64,000 nt of DNA from Hamiltosporidium tvaerminnensis FI-OER-3-3. Lineage: Eukaryota; Fungi; Microsporidia. Positions 1-14,062 of the stretch are shown piece by piece. The stretch's first letter is position 1. Each line of letters starts with the position of its first letter. The notes beneath the pieces were generated by a model that saw only the letters and a list, made by a program, of their open reading frames with translations, made no database searches and was not told the DNA's origin. The position numbers and the translations under genes were made by a program. The DNA lies in NCBI GenBank assembly GCA_022605425.2, contig CM061248.1, positions 1,380,060-1,444,059 of the forward strand. Direction: 5' to 3'.

Positions 1-3000
1 AACATAGTTAAACATGAAAAAGCCAATTTTGATTTGAAACCATATTTATCACATTTTCACTCTTGCAGATAATGCCTTTATCATGTTTTTTTTTTTAACA
101 TTATTTTTTATCTATTAATTTCAGAAAAAGCATAGCATATTTTCGTATTAAAAATACTTTCGATCCTTTCTCTTCTAAACCAAGATCAGAAAAATAAAAA
201 AATTCTGTATACAGTCTAAACCCATCATAATATAAACCTAAACCACTCGCTTAAAAAATCGATGTTCTATTACGTTTGCAATTTGGAAAATTGACCATTT
301 ATTTGAAAGCAAAAGGGTATTATGCCTTGAAAAAATAACTTGAAAAGGTTTCGAATATTTTATCGTGATTGGGTTGCGTTTGTACTAAAATCTTTAGAGG
401 ATTTTCCTTTATACCAAATATCTAAGTAGATTGAAACAACAAGTTATTATAATATTTTACTTTCTCTTCAGAGAAATTATAATTGAAAAAAATATATTGC
501 AATTTATGTTGCGTCTATTTTTCCCAAGCTTTCTCTATTTAAATAAAGATGTTGATGAAAAGTATTTTTATTTCTAACTAACGTATATTTATATTCGAGA
601 AAAACGAAATAAATTATCAAATATCTTAATGTAACGTAAGTCAATTTAGATGCCATTACGAAGTAATGGATTGAATATAAAAATCATTCAATTCCACGGG
701 AGGATTTATAACATAAATAGTTATTAAAGTCTACTTCTTACGTCTAAAATTATATCTCTGTCATATCACTATAACAGATATTTTACACGATAAGTAAATT
801 ATTAGAAAAAATCCGATAATGTATGGTGGAAAAATGACATTCGATCTATGAAAAAGTATTTAAATATAAATTAACTGTTTGGTCGATAGCATTATATAAT
901 TAGGTAAAATTTTCACAGGTTTTTGAACAATTACTTAGATTTTATCATTTTTTTACGTTTCTTCTTATATTCTATTCAAGATCCTTGATTTTACAAAGAT
1001 AATATTTCAATTAAATATCTAGGTTTTTAAGTTTATATTCCACCATGCAAGCCCTTAAATATCCCACTTAAATTTGAATAAATTTATTTTGGTTCAGGAT
1101 ATAAAATACTCTTTGATTTAAAAAAGAATAAATTATGATTACAATATTTTTCACACTTATTTTTGTTCTAATTGACATTCTTGAACAATTTTTGACTTGA
1201 CATATAGACTCATGCCGATTTTGTTTTATATTTGCAAGTCATTAGATTTTAAACAAAAGCAAATAAAAAAGACTAAAATTGGACAAAGAATGTTCAAACT
1301 AAACATAAATATTTTTAAACAAAAAATAGTCAAGCTGAATTTTTTTCTTAAATTGCTCATAACAATAGAAACTTATAGAAAAAATGTAATTTATTCCTAA
1401 ATAAAAATTTTAAATTCTATGCATTAGAAATAAGTTTTCTAAAATGAAATAAAGCCCAAGTATATTTATTCTCTATGTTTCTCTAGATTAGATTCCAAAT
1501 CGAGTTTGGAAATATAAATAATCGTTTGAATTCCTCTTATACATCAATCTTTAAAAATAACATTTCTAATTTAAAATATGAATTTAATTATTTTCCATAT
1601 TCAGAGAAGATGATTAAGTATTAAATTAATCATGAAGAAAAGAGAAAAAATTAAACCTACAAAGAAAATGACACAAATATATTAGTGATTCCGTAATACT
1701 AGATAATTTTAAAACTAAAATAAAATTGAATAAAAATTAGAAATAAATGGGCAAAGTCTCATTCATAAAGATTAGATGACAAATATATGTGAAAAAGAAG
1801 GTAAAATATAGAAATAATTGCCGTATAACAATTCATGATCCATAAATCGGCACATATTACCATTTGTACAATTTATTTATAAACTATTTGTTTTCCCTTT
1901 CTAATTATTTGATAACAGAACAATACCATTTAAACAAAGCAATTTTTTCTAATTTTTTGTACCAAATATTAAAATTGACAATTGCTCGATCCAACTTTAA
2001 ACACATGGTTAGATATCAATTTTGTATAAATTTAAAATATTAAAATACAGTGGAAGAAGGAAGAAATATTGAAAATGCTAATATGATTTGAAACTTTTTA
2101 GGTAGGTACGATTTCTGTTTACCGCTAATAACGAAAATTTATCTCAAATAGTAGCAGCTAATCGAACGTACGGATTCATATTAAACGATAAAGAACCAAA
2201 ATACAGTATTGAAAGGATATGAGGTTACAAAGTGACCCCTTCCGGCAATAAATAAGGCATTACATTAGAAATAAGAAAAGAGCGAACCCAAAAAAATTGT
2301 TTTTAATTTTAAAAAAAGCCTGCCGAAAAACCAGTATCTCAATCCCACCCTTATGATATATCAATAAGCTTGCGCAGAATCATGTAGACGAAAACGCTAC
2401 CTATATATTGAAAGATATTCGAAAAATACTCCCGATAAGATTGATAGCTAGATATAAGGAATAGAAAAAGTTTGAACATTCTTGTTTATAAATATGAAGA
2501 GGAAATTGAAATTGGAAGATAATGTAGAAATTGAAAATCTCCTGGCTCAAAGAATTTTATCAAATGTCTCAGATAAAAATTTCAGCTGGCAAATTATAAT
2601 TGTTCAAAAATCATTAGTATAGAAATATTAAAAATATAATTCCAAAACTTCTAGAGAAGTGCTAATATTACTGACATGAAAAAATTATTACATTTTCGGA
2701 AGAAATTCTAACTACGAAATAAAATGAAACAAAAAATCAGCCAGAAAATTAAATTTCAAGGCTTCCTTTAGGCTTTGAAATTAAAGAATATTAATTAAAA
2801 AATTTTAAAATACAAAATTAACTTAAAATTAATGAAAATATATTATTTTTTCACATGTTTAAAGATAACATATCAAATCACACCAAGGAAAAAATCTTCA
2901 CATGTTCCATATATTTTCGAAAGACTTTTTATAAATTTGAAAATATTACAGCAAAAATAAAAAATTTTAGAGAGCTTACAAAGGTATTTATCAGAAGCGT

Positions 3001-6000
3001 TACAAAATCTTTCTCATGAATATGAAATAAGCCTTAAAATACATCCACTAAAGATAATACTTGTACAGATATGGATCGGGGTGGAGAACTGTATTGGTAG
3101 TCATAAAAAAAATTACAGTATATTATATAGGAACTGTCTTACTTACATATGACGAAAAAAAAGCAATTAAGATTAAACGATAAACTTTTGCGCAATTATA
3201 CCTCTTTATCATCATATATACGATGATTCTTTGTCTTTTGCGGTCAATTCCATTCTAGAATAGGAAATATACTAAAAATACTTCCTAAAAACAAGTATCG
3301 TAAATCATATTATATAATACCGGGTTTTCCAAAACAATAGATCATATTTCGAAAAAAAATTCACGAAAAACATTGAATTACTCTGAAAATATATATCGCG
3401 AGTTTATAATTTTAGCTCTTCATCTTTGCAAATGTTTATATAAATATAAGCTTTTTTATAAAATATTTCTTAATCAATCTTGAAATTGTGAGTTTCGATC
3501 ATCACGAAATATCTTTAATACAAATCTTGCATTTTTTTATATTCAACTATTTGGATTGACGCCCCACAGAATTACTAGCATAAAAAATGATTCTAGATAT
3601 CAAAAATGACCAGGATACAACTTTTTTAAGAATTAAACAAATGAATAGATATTTTTATGTTTTATAATATATTCTAAGTTTTTGTATTCAATTTTTTTTA
3701 ACAATCTAGATACTTTGAATTTTCGAAACTACAATATAGGAATACTAATTTATCTTTAGTATTGATTTATCAAAACAAGAAATTCTATATTGGCTTGATA
3801 ATAGTACCTTTGGAAATTATTTTATAAGAATCTTTATATCTATAATATTAAGACCTGATCGATAAATAATGTTTAGAAAATATATAAAAAATGCACTACT
3901 TTATTTTTTTAGCCTTTGAAAAAGACTTGATAGAAGACCAAATGTACTCTGATAAAAAGGGCTTAAAGGTTTCAAATAAAATGCAGCAAGATATATACTC
4001 TAATATGATTTAAAACATTATGTAGAAAAAAGCTAAGAAATTTATTTGTAATTTTGAATGCCTGATTTTAGAACTTTTACAGTGAAAAAAGACCAAGAAT
4101 ATAGTTTAAAATTATACCATATATATAAAAGTAAGAATAGCGCATTAAAATTGATGAAAATTAGCAAAGAAAAAGCAACAACCTTCTAGCTCATCGCTAT
4201 AAAATAATTTTAAATATTTTTTTTTAAAAAAACTAATCAGTGACAAGTTTATATAGATTGTAAAGGCAAAATCAATATATCTGCATTATTTTAAGACAAA
4301 ACATTATTTGCCAGGTTAATGTTGGAAAATTTTTTTATTAAATCGTTCTATTTTACGATTTTCATAAATTAAAATTTAAACTTGAATCAAATATAAAATT
4401 TCATGAAATACAAGTTTTTTTTAATGCAGAAAGAATTTAAAATTTATAGACATCTCAATCTATTAGAAATTTTCATAGATAATATATAAGCTTGGAGTGA
4501 ACAAAAGAAATTTAATTAATGGAACATAAGCATTAGTCTATAAAACATGAAAACATAATTATTAATTCAACTGCTATAATTGAGATAAATTAGATCTTAA
4601 CCATAATTGCGCGCAGCGAAATTATTCAACGTAAAAACATGTGAATTCATCAAAAAAATTATAAAAAAAATAATTATAAAAATTAATGTAGCTAAACAAT
4701 AGTTTTTTTCGGTTATAGAAGAAAATTCAATTTTAAATTGTTTTTTCCGATTTTAATCAAGTTAAAGTTTAAGAATCTTTGTATTAAAGATAGATTTAAA
4801 TACTCTTTATATTAAAAGAAAAATTTATATATAAAGCTCTCAAATTTTACTCTATGATGCCAAATTTTATATTATGACTACAGAGACATTTAGTAGGTGT
4901 AGGTTAAAGCACAAATTTATTGAAGAATGTTGTTATGATACTTTTTTAGGAGATATTTATTTACAAGCAATAAAATAATTGAAAAATAACCTGTTTTAAA
5001 AAAAAATCGAATAAATGTTGTGAATAACGGTGATTAAAAAAATAAAATTCGATTAAAAACTGCAATATAAATTGACAATTCTTAAAGAGCAACAATTTCA
5101 AAAAAGTAAATTCTTTACCATACAAAACTTTGGATTTTTCTCTAAAATATTTAAAGTTTTTAAGCGAATACAAATGAGATATTATTTAAATTCCTTTTAT
5201 TCAACTATCTTTTTTGTAAATCTATTATGACGTTTGACAAACAAACTAAAATATGCCCATAAACCAATTTTTTACTGCTAAAATCATGTAGTTCGCTTAT
5301 TTGCGTTAAAAAGTAAACATATGTAACATACCAAATTTCCCTTTATTGAATTTATCTAAATTCTAAGTTTATAAAAATGCAAAAAAAAGGTTTTTAGAAG
5401 GAAAAAAATCGAAGCTAAACCTGTAATTTAATTTATTTTTGTTTGCAAATAAACCATTATGGATTCAATTATTTCCAAAATTAAATTAAAGGCATATATT
5501 ACATATAAATACTAGAAGCTTAAATCATACGACATAAAGAATCAAAAACAAAGTTTTATTATTGTACTTAAAATAAAAAAATTAATTTTAGCTTGATTAA
5601 ACTCAAAAATTAGAATATCAAAACAAAAAAATAACCAACATTTTTGGTATATTCCGGTTAAAAAATTTAATTTTATAAAAACAATAACAGATTTTCAATA
5701 AATTTTAAACTAATGAATAACTTACTAATAAAATTTTACATGGAGATAAAGCTCATATTAACTATTGCATATATAAAGTAATTTTCGAAGTAAGAAGAAA
5801 TTTTACAAAATATCTCTAGAATTTTAATTGCAAATAGTTTCTCTATTGATTAATGATTTTTTTAAATTTGCCAAATATTCCATACAATTATTTCTTTTGT
5901 TTTTATATGTATCCTCCGAATTAAAAACATGCAGCTTATATACGAAGCCCCACAATGAATTGTATCTAAAAACGTCATGTTTTTATAAACCTTAATATCA

Positions 6001-9000
6001 AAATCTTAACTTAATTGAGATAAAAACATATCAAAATTATACTGTGAGTAGAGCGTCTTAAAGAAAAGTTCTATATGTGAATCTGGGATATCAGTATGAA
6101 AATAAGAAACTAAGCACAAAATCTGTACCCATTATATGCTTTTAAAAATAATTTATAGCTTCTCAGACCTTTATAAAGATACATAAAATTTTAAGAAGTT
6201 GGTCAATTTTTAGTAAATTTAGAAACAAAAGAATGTGTAAACGCTTTCTTTTACGAAAAGCAATGCCATGTTAAAATAGGGTAGAAGGCAAAGAATAAAT
6301 TATACCTAGGATTTTACAATCTTTTTAGCTCTGCATTAAAAAAGTTTTATGTTTATTTTTTCTTTGAGATTATCTATACATTTTATTGTTGCAAAAATAA
6401 TTTTAAATTAAAAAATAATATAAGTTAAGTTTTTTATTTGTGTTTATACAAATAAAAAACAAATTTATGTCTAAAAAGAAATTTCAATCTCATAGATAAT
6501 TTAATTTTTTTATATAATGTTTGAAGCCCTTGTATTAATTAAGTTCAATGCAAAGATATTTCGAGCATCTATTTTTTTATATTCTAGGTTAATTTTTTTC
6601 TTATAGCTATACAATACGATATAATTTCCATTGCTCAAGACGGTATATTTCATAAAATAAATATAAGCAAATATATAAAAGAAAGCTAATCCTCAGAAAT
6701 AGAGCGCAGACATTCATCTGCTTAGAAATTCAACTAACTTAGATAAGTCATTCACAATAGTAAGGTGTCATTTAAAGCGTGTAGACTTTGTGTTTATACG
6801 GATGGCAAAACCAAAATTTTATATAGAAAACACTGTGAGGTTGTTTTAATTTAAAGTTAAGATTTTCTATATTGGCTCCTAAAAACATAGAATGCATATA
6901 ATGATTTAAATAGAAATTACCCTACTGAAAACATAAACAGCTTTGGAGATATCATTGTAACAGAATAAAGACTTTTATTTTTGATGTACGAACTTAGAGA
7001 TAAGTCTAATAAAGTTTCTATTGTTTTTTAAAAATTTATACAAGTAGATTTAAGAGCTGTAATATTCTGCTTCTAGCCTCATATTTTAAGGTCATTTCAT
7101 TGTACACGCTCTTATAAAGTCTTCTATTTAAATTTTCAATTTTGTCCCGTAATCGGTATCATTGCTCCAGAGTTACCGTAACACAGTTATTGATACTGAT
7201 AAGATTATATATCAACATTTTCATAAGATAATAAAGTTACTTATTTAAGGCAATTCGACTGTTTTACGAGATCGAACGAGTTATTTGTTTACAATCTATG
7301 AATTATGATAAGAACTATGCAAAATATTTTACATGAGCTCTTTAAAAAACCATATCATCTTAGATAGATAGCAGAGGTAAAAGTAAATTGGCTGCCTAGA
7401 TCGAAGTAGGAACAAAATCGTTAAGTGTTCGTGGCATGTATTTCCTGGCTTCTACATTGGTTTAGCGAAAACGAGTTATATCAGGGCATCGTAGAATTAC
7501 TACCCTGAAGATAGCAAAGCCCTAACTCATAGAAACAGTAAAAGTATCCCTTTAGAAGATGCCACGGAATTAAAAATGTAGCAGTATTTATAGTTTTCAT
7601 TCTTTTAATCTAATTATATATATTTAAACCAATACAATAACAAGTCTTTACACCTTGCTAAGAAATATATTAAACTACCAAATTATAAGAAAGTATATAA
7701 TATTTACGTACTACAAATGAAATACCTTACAAATTATTTTTTAGACTTTAAAATGATTTCTCCTATAAAAATACTTGGATATATATGTCGTTGATTTCAT
7801 GATATTCCTATAGAAAAATGCTTTTTTTTTTCTATATATCTCTATATTTCAGTTACATATGTCATTGCTTGACAACAAACATGAAAAAATAAAATCATTT
7901 TAAGAACTAAAAATAGAAAGTCTTTCTCTTATCGAAATTTTTTTCGAGAATATCTAATATAGATATACTACATAAAATACACTTTTAATATTCTCTTCAA
8001 GAATTGCACCCTACGATATCAAATGAAGTAAAATTCTGCTATTCTCTTCGAGAATAACCCTTCTACATACCCTTTTTTAGAGAGACACTATGGATATTCT
8101 CGAAGTAAATATCCATTCCATATACATTAAATAAAAATTTTTAAAATGTTTAATAAAAATTTAGTATATGGTTTTTAAAAAGAAACAAATAAAAAAATTG
8201 TTTGTATTGAAAATGAAACTTTCTATGTATATAAAGAAATGCTTTAACTTAGAAAATAGCCATAATCACTTATAATAGAGATCTAAAAAATGAAAAAATA
8301 AATGATTTATTCATTTTTTATATGTCCAACTTATTTTCCTCCGATTAAAGGATAAATAATAATATTGATTCCCCAAATTTAGAAAATATATACACTTTAT
8401 GTATATATAACAAATTTTCTGTTTCTTTCTTTAAAAATAAACCTAAGGTAGCTATAGTTCCGTTGATATTTTTCATAATTGTAGTATTTTAATAGTGAAT
8501 CATAAATTTTATTTTACAAATACCATTCTTCAAATTTTTAACAAAAAAAGTAAAGATTTGAAACAATTGGAACCTTTTAAATGAAAACACGCAAAAACAT
8601 ATTTAATTTTTTATAAACCCTGAGACTTCTTATTAGTGTAATCTAAAGTGAAATTGTAATGGAAATTTTTAATAAAAAACCATGCATATATTTTCTAGCA
8701 ACTATTTAGTAAGTTTGTAAAACTAGATCTAGGTAAAATTTATAAGAAATTTTCAGATTTACGTGCCTTTTCCTTTTTAGGCAAATTAACCAAACATATA
8801 AAATAATAAGTTTGCAAATTTTACTATAGTCAAAAAATATATGTTTGTTAATATAACTTATTTACAGGTTATACATTAATAAATTTTTTTTAAGATGATA
8901 GCTTTAAGTATTTTTAATACATATTTAAAAGAATAATGAAGCTAGAAAGTAATTTTATATAAAACAAAAATAAATTTAAAAATGTTGAAAATTAATACTA

Positions 9001-11293
9001 TTACTCTCAGTTATGATTACTGCATTAAGTGTATTGAGTTAAAAGAGAGATCTACTTTAGCCACAAATGTTTGATTTAACTTTTCTATTTCGCGAGTTAA
9101 GAATTGCAAATTTAAGCTATTAAAAAAAATAATTCAATCTTAATACAAGGTGTACCGTACGTATTGTTCCCAAATGGAAGTAAGTCGAACTAAATTAAAT
9201 CAACCATTCATCATCTAAATCTATATTTTTAAAAACCGTATTTTACAGATAATTCCAAAATTTTTAACTGAAAGTAGATTGTAGTATTTAAGAGTGTTAA
9301 AATAAACATTTTTTTCAAAAAATAGTTTTTGTTAAGAATTTTTCCGAATTTCGTAGCCAGGATATTTCTAGCCTAAGAAAAATGATAGAAGCATTATAAA
9401 ATAAACTTAAAACAATATATAACATTAATAATTTATTATAAAAATAAATTACACATAATTTAAGGTTTAACAATTTTATTAGGACAATTTATTTATATTA
9501 CCGAGCTATAATTCAAAAAATCTTCAGATTTTTGTCAAAAAACCAAATTGACCATTTAGTGTGCAGTTTTACAATGAAATCTTTTTTTAATATTTTAAAA
9601 AAACTTAGACCTAAGCCGATCACTTAAAAAGTTGTTAAACTTCAAATCAAACTAAAAGTAGAAAAGTTTTAAAAATAAAATATTTGAAAAAAACTAAAAA
9701 ATTTGAAAAAATGTAAAAAACGAGGAAAACAGCTAAATTTAAGATAAAATTTAAAAAGCTGCAAAATAAAGGTAAAAACATATAAAAAACTTAATAAGTT
9801 TGTAACCAAATATAAAAAGCTAATAAAAAACCTTACCAATAAATATTATTGTAAATTAATAAAAAAAACTTTTAGCAAATGAATAACATAGTTTTAAAAT
9901 ATAAAAAAAAACTTTTTAAAAAAATGTAAAACGAGAACCATTTATATTAAAAAGTAAAAATCGCGAAATACTTTACAGTTAAAATCTTTATAATAACTGC
10001 TATAAGACTTTATTTCGAAAAACACCATATTAGCCTTATAGAATCTAAAATTGTTATCAAAAAACAAAAAAACGCCTAAAGTATAAAATCAAAAAAATGG
10101 AATTAAAAAATAAAAAAAGTTTTAGAAAATGTAACAACTAAAAAAAAGACATCGAAATCTAAGAAAGAAATAAAACCCCGAACCAACGAAAAAATTGTGT
10201 GAAACTGTACGATAATGCAAAACTACCTTAACTAAATTAGAAGGAAAAATTTTAGTCTAAGGTAACTTCACCAGAATGGTTTGAAACCCTCTGTTTCGCA
10301 TACATTTTTAATACTTATTTTTACAAAGTATATATTATATAGAAAATATAAGAAGAACAATTCCCTTTACATTCTAAATTTAAAACAAATTAAAAAAACA
10401 GAAGTTTAAAATTTGCATAAATAGATTAGTATTTACTTAAATGTTAAAAGGTCTATATAAAAAGAAAAATGGCAGTTTAGCAAGTGAAAAAAAGCAAATG
10501 GCCATAAATAATACCAATTTAAAGATTTATTTGTTAAATTAAGAAGATTCGGTAGCGGAATGCTGACAAAGAGAATACAATTATATAAAAAAAGTATTTT
10601 GCTTTTATTTGTGTTCAATCATAAGTTTTAGATGTAATATTTTTTGAAATAAAAAATAATTGCTAAAATTGTAAAATACAGTAAAATATTTTATTTTAGT
10701 GTTTTCAAATCAAAAATTTTAAATTGAATACACATTAGACTTAATTCAAGAAAAACATCAAGAATGCTCTCCAAAAAAGAGGAAAATCAAAGTTTTCCGA
10801 ATTAGGGACTTAGGTTAGTAACTTAAATGTTTTTTAGACATGTAAAGAATTGATTTATAACCTAAAATTTAGAAAATAGTCTCATGAATAAAAAAAACGA
10901 AATTGGAGGGCAAACCTATTTATCTTAAATAGAAACAAAGCTTATGTGTAATACACGTACCACAAAACGGTTCAATATTTCTATTACGGACAAAATAGAT
11001 AATATGAAAATCAGGTAAAAACTTTTAATAAAAATTCAAATTAAGTTCTTAGTAAAAAAATTAAAAAAAAATTCAGTATTTTTAAAAGAAATATACAAAA
11101 TGTTCTAGATAAACAAGTTTTTTTCATTAAAATATAAAAAATTTGAAATTATAAGATAACAATAAAATAAGATTTAAAAACGTTATAATTAAATAAAAAA
11201 TAAATTATAATAAAACTAAAAGCATATAAGCTAAGATAAACTTTATTTAATAACATGTAATTCACTTTATCCAAAGAATTTTATATAGTATTT

Positions 11294-11319
11294 ATGTTAG
11301 TATGGCCAAGTACTAACAT
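11294..11319 (-). other. LINE 3' UTR stem-loop
   Basis: Perfect 9-bp inverted repeat ATGTTAGTA / TACTAACAT with 8-nt loop at the ORF2 stop; decayed homolog at 61201-61226. Confidence 0.7.
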
Positions 11320-12818
11320 TACATAGGAGGGTTTCGGCTTTTTTCAATAAAAAACGCAACAATATCATGTAAATGGATAAATTTTTCTTCCTTTAAAATA
11401 TTCAATAATCTTGTAAAATCATTGTATCTAATATTTTTGTAATCATAAAATCTAAGGGGAGTTATTTGTTTCAGTAGTGTTCTATTATCTTTAAGAAAAT
11501 CATTTTTAAAATCTTTCAACAGTTTCCTAGGGATTATTCTTGTATCATATGTATATTTTTCATAGGTATTCTTTATATGCTTAAAATTCTTTGTATTGTT
11601 TTGCATTAAATCAGAATACAAGCAAGTATCTATATTCGTAATTAGTTTCAAACCAAGTGAAAATGTAAGTCTATTGGATATTTGTGTTATCGTTTCTATT
11701 GGTAACAAGGCATATAAGAAAGCACTCGGAATTTTCTGATTCAAACCAAACAAATACTTTACCACTGACTTCTGGATTCTATCACTTGCTGAAACATAGG
11801 TTTTATTAGCAGCCAATAAAAACATTGTATAATCCAAATGTGGTCTAATAAACGTCACATATCCTTTCAAAAGAAGCCTATAATATCCACTATTACCTAT
11901 GCCGACTTTTTTAATTAGTCCATTCTTCATAATAATAGCCGCCTTCAAACTTTTTTTTCTTGTTTCTTTTATTGATGAATTAGTATCCGTTCCCTTCAAA
12001 TTAAAGTAATACCCCAAATAATGCATAGGGCTTTGTTTTTCTATAGGGAAACCATTTACAACTATTTGGCATCTCTTATTCGCGTTGTAGAAACACTTCT
12101 GTTGGTTAAGCTCATACTTGTTATCAGATGCATGCGATTGTATACATCTTATAATTTTCCTTATCTGTTTTAGTGTGGCACCAAATAGAAAAATATCATC
12201 AGCGTAGATAAACAGATTTTTTCTAAGATTCTGCGGAATATACAACAATAGGTCATCAATGAAAACATTATACAAATTAGGTGAAAGCACACTTCCCTGT
12301 GGTATACCCCTGGAAGCCGTAAAAAAATTAATTTTTCTGTTTCCATGCTTCAAGACGTACGAATTGTTTTCAATAAGCTCCGCTATCAGAAGGGTATCAT
12401 TTAGTGATAGACCTTGGTAATTAATTAGTTTCTCAAAAAGATTCCACCTATATACTGTATCAAACGGAGACTTTATATCTAACGAAACACAAATTAACTC
12501 CCCAGCTCCCTTTATTAACAAATGATCAACACCCAAAGCATTATCTATTGGAGAATGTCTTTCTCTGAAACCAGTCTGTCGAGTAGAAAGCCTAAATGAA
12601 AGCTTTCTTTGAATACACTTTTCAAACAATTTTCTTGTCTCTTCAATCAACGCAATAAGCCTATAACTTTTCATTTCTTTTCTGATCAGCTTTATTCTAT
12701 GGCATTTCCATGCCATAGGTACTTTCTTCTCAAATATAATTTGGTTGAAAAGTACACTCAAATGTCCAATAAAATTCATCGGGAAAGCTTTAATTAGTTC
12801 ATTTCGTATGCCCGACAA
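11319..12818 (-). CDS. LINE ORF2, reverse transcriptase part (499 aa)
   Basis: Non-LTR RT motifs in order: SYRLIAL, QTGFR, LDIKSPFDTV (usually AFD), GIPQGSVLSPNLYN, YADD, YLGY, then RPHLDY. No RNase H or C-terminal CCHC seen. Confidence 0.95.
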   Translation of the reverse strand: MSGIRNELIKAFPMNFIGHLSVLFNQIIFEKKVPMAWKCHRIKLIRKEMKSYRLIALIEETRKLFEKCIQRKLSFRLSTRQTGFRERHSPIDNALGVDHLLIKGAGELICVSLDIKSPFDTVYRWNLFEKLINYQGLSLNDTLLIAELIENNSYVLKHGNRKINFFTASRGIPQGSVLSPNLYNVFIDDLLLYIPQNLRKNLFIYADDIFLFGATLKQIRKIIRCIQSHASDNKYELNQQKCFYNANKRCQIVVNGFPIEKQSPMHYLGYYFNLKGTDTNSSIKETRKKSLKAAIIMKNGLIKKVGIGNSGYYRLLLKGYVTFIRPHLDYTMFLLAANKTYVSASDRIQKSVVKYLFGLNQKIPSAFLYALLPIETITQISNRLTFSLGLKLITNIDTCLYSDLMQNNTKNFKHIKNTYEKYTYDTRIIPRKLLKDFKNDFLKDNRTLLKQITPLRFYDYKNIRYNDFTRLLNILKEEKFIHLHDIVAFFIEKSRNPPM

Positions 12819-14062
12819 ACCCCCCCCCCCGACTTACCCAATTTTTGATTTTTTAGTTCATCCAATAGCTCCACAATAGTAATCCCTATCAATTTGTCAC
12901 ATTCTGTGTCTTTTTTTTTGTTAATATTCAAATAGAATTTCTCAATTTTCTTTTTGGTGTCAGACACTAGAACTAATTCTTCTTCGTTAAATATCAATTG
13001 CGCAAACCTTATTTGTCTCTCAGAAATTTTTCTCTTTGTACTGCTAGCACAAATCAATTTATGAAGCTCGGAAGGTTGTAGGTTAAAATGTTGGACCTTA
13101 CCTTCTTCCACACCCAATCGTTTAAGTTTCCTACTTAATCTTCTAATTTCTTTTCTCAACAATTGCACCGATTGTGCATCCTTATTTGCTGACTTGCGTT
13201 TTCTCAATCTTTTCAAGTGTGACAAAATAGGGTTATGTGATACCCTCTGTACCTGTTTTCTGATTTGCAATTTTCTTGCCGCTTTTAGCAAAATCTTATG
13301 CAGCAAATTCAATTTTTCGTCAATTGGTAGAGTATTCAAAAAGAATTCGTTCTTAGTTGTCAGTGTTTCAATACTTTTCCTTACTTCGCTTAGTGTGTCG
13401 GCGTTTTTCAATAGATTTATATTATAATTTGTTTCCAGTTGCGCTGCCACCCGCCCAACTTGCACCTTTATTAGCTTATGATTCATTCCTTCAATTTCAA
13501 TGACAACAGGTGAAACATTAAAATTGGAAAAGCACTTATCGGGGGTTGAGGTTTTGGAGCCGTGCTTATATGTGAATGGTGCCAGTTTTGTTTCATATAA
13601 GCCCAATTCCGCGTGCTGTTCGAGAACAATTTGTTCGTAAGCAACAGAGTTTTCCAAATTATAATTACCCAATGCTAAGACATCAAAGCCCTCATATTTA
13701 CTTGGTATTTTATTGATAATTTTATAGGCAGAAACCGCTGGTGACTTATATATGAATATCAGTAACGTATCATTAATCTTTATACAGATACCAAAGTCTG
13801 TGATTGAAGGAATTATTTGGGGGTAAATAGATTTCTGTGCCAAAATAAGTATGTCTTCAGAATTTGAGTATCTTTTCTTGACCTGTTTAGAAAGCAATCT
13901 GGCAGCTATCCAATAGTTTGTATTTAAGTTATCAATATCATCACGCCAGGTTTCTGCCAGAGCCAATATATCTAATTTATTATCCAAAAAAACGCAATTT
14001 ATAATTTCTATTTTTTTAACCGAAAGTCCTCCTACGTTCAAAAAGCCAATACTATACAACAT
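12794..14062 (-). CDS. LINE ORF2, APE endonuclease + linker part (422 aa), separated from RT by a frameshift in a G11 run
   Basis: FLNVGGL, DILALAETW, IYKSP, LGNYN (GDFN position), TPDKCF, NH (SDH position). The run at 12820-12830 lies in the KSxG motif; correcting it gives one ORF2 of ~910 aa. Confidence 0.9.
   Translation of the reverse strand: MLYSIGFLNVGGLSVKKIEIINCVFLDNKLDILALAETWRDDIDNLNTNYWIAARLLSKQVKKRYSNSEDILILAQKSIYPQIIPSITDFGICIKINDTLLIFIYKSPAVSAYKIINKIPSKYEGFDVLALGNYNLENSVAYEQIVLEQHAELGLYETKLAPFTYKHGSKTSTPDKCFSNFNVSPVVIEIEGMNHKLIKVQVGRVAAQLETNYNINLLKNADTLSEVRKSIETLTTKNEFFLNTLPIDEKLNLLHKILLKAARKLQIRKQVQRVSHNPILSHLKRLRKRKSANKDAQSVQLLRKEIRRLSRKLKRLGVEEGKVQHFNLQPSELHKLICASSTKRKISERQIRFAQLIFNEEELVLVSDTKKKIEKFYLNINKKKDTECDKLIGITIVELLDELKNQKLGKSGGGVCRAYEMN

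Noticed and set aside
2050-3600. Possible gypsy RT/RNase H relic (GYKVTPSG, TD, RNYTS traces)
   Set aside because: Motifs too short and spacing inconsistent to support without an HMM search.
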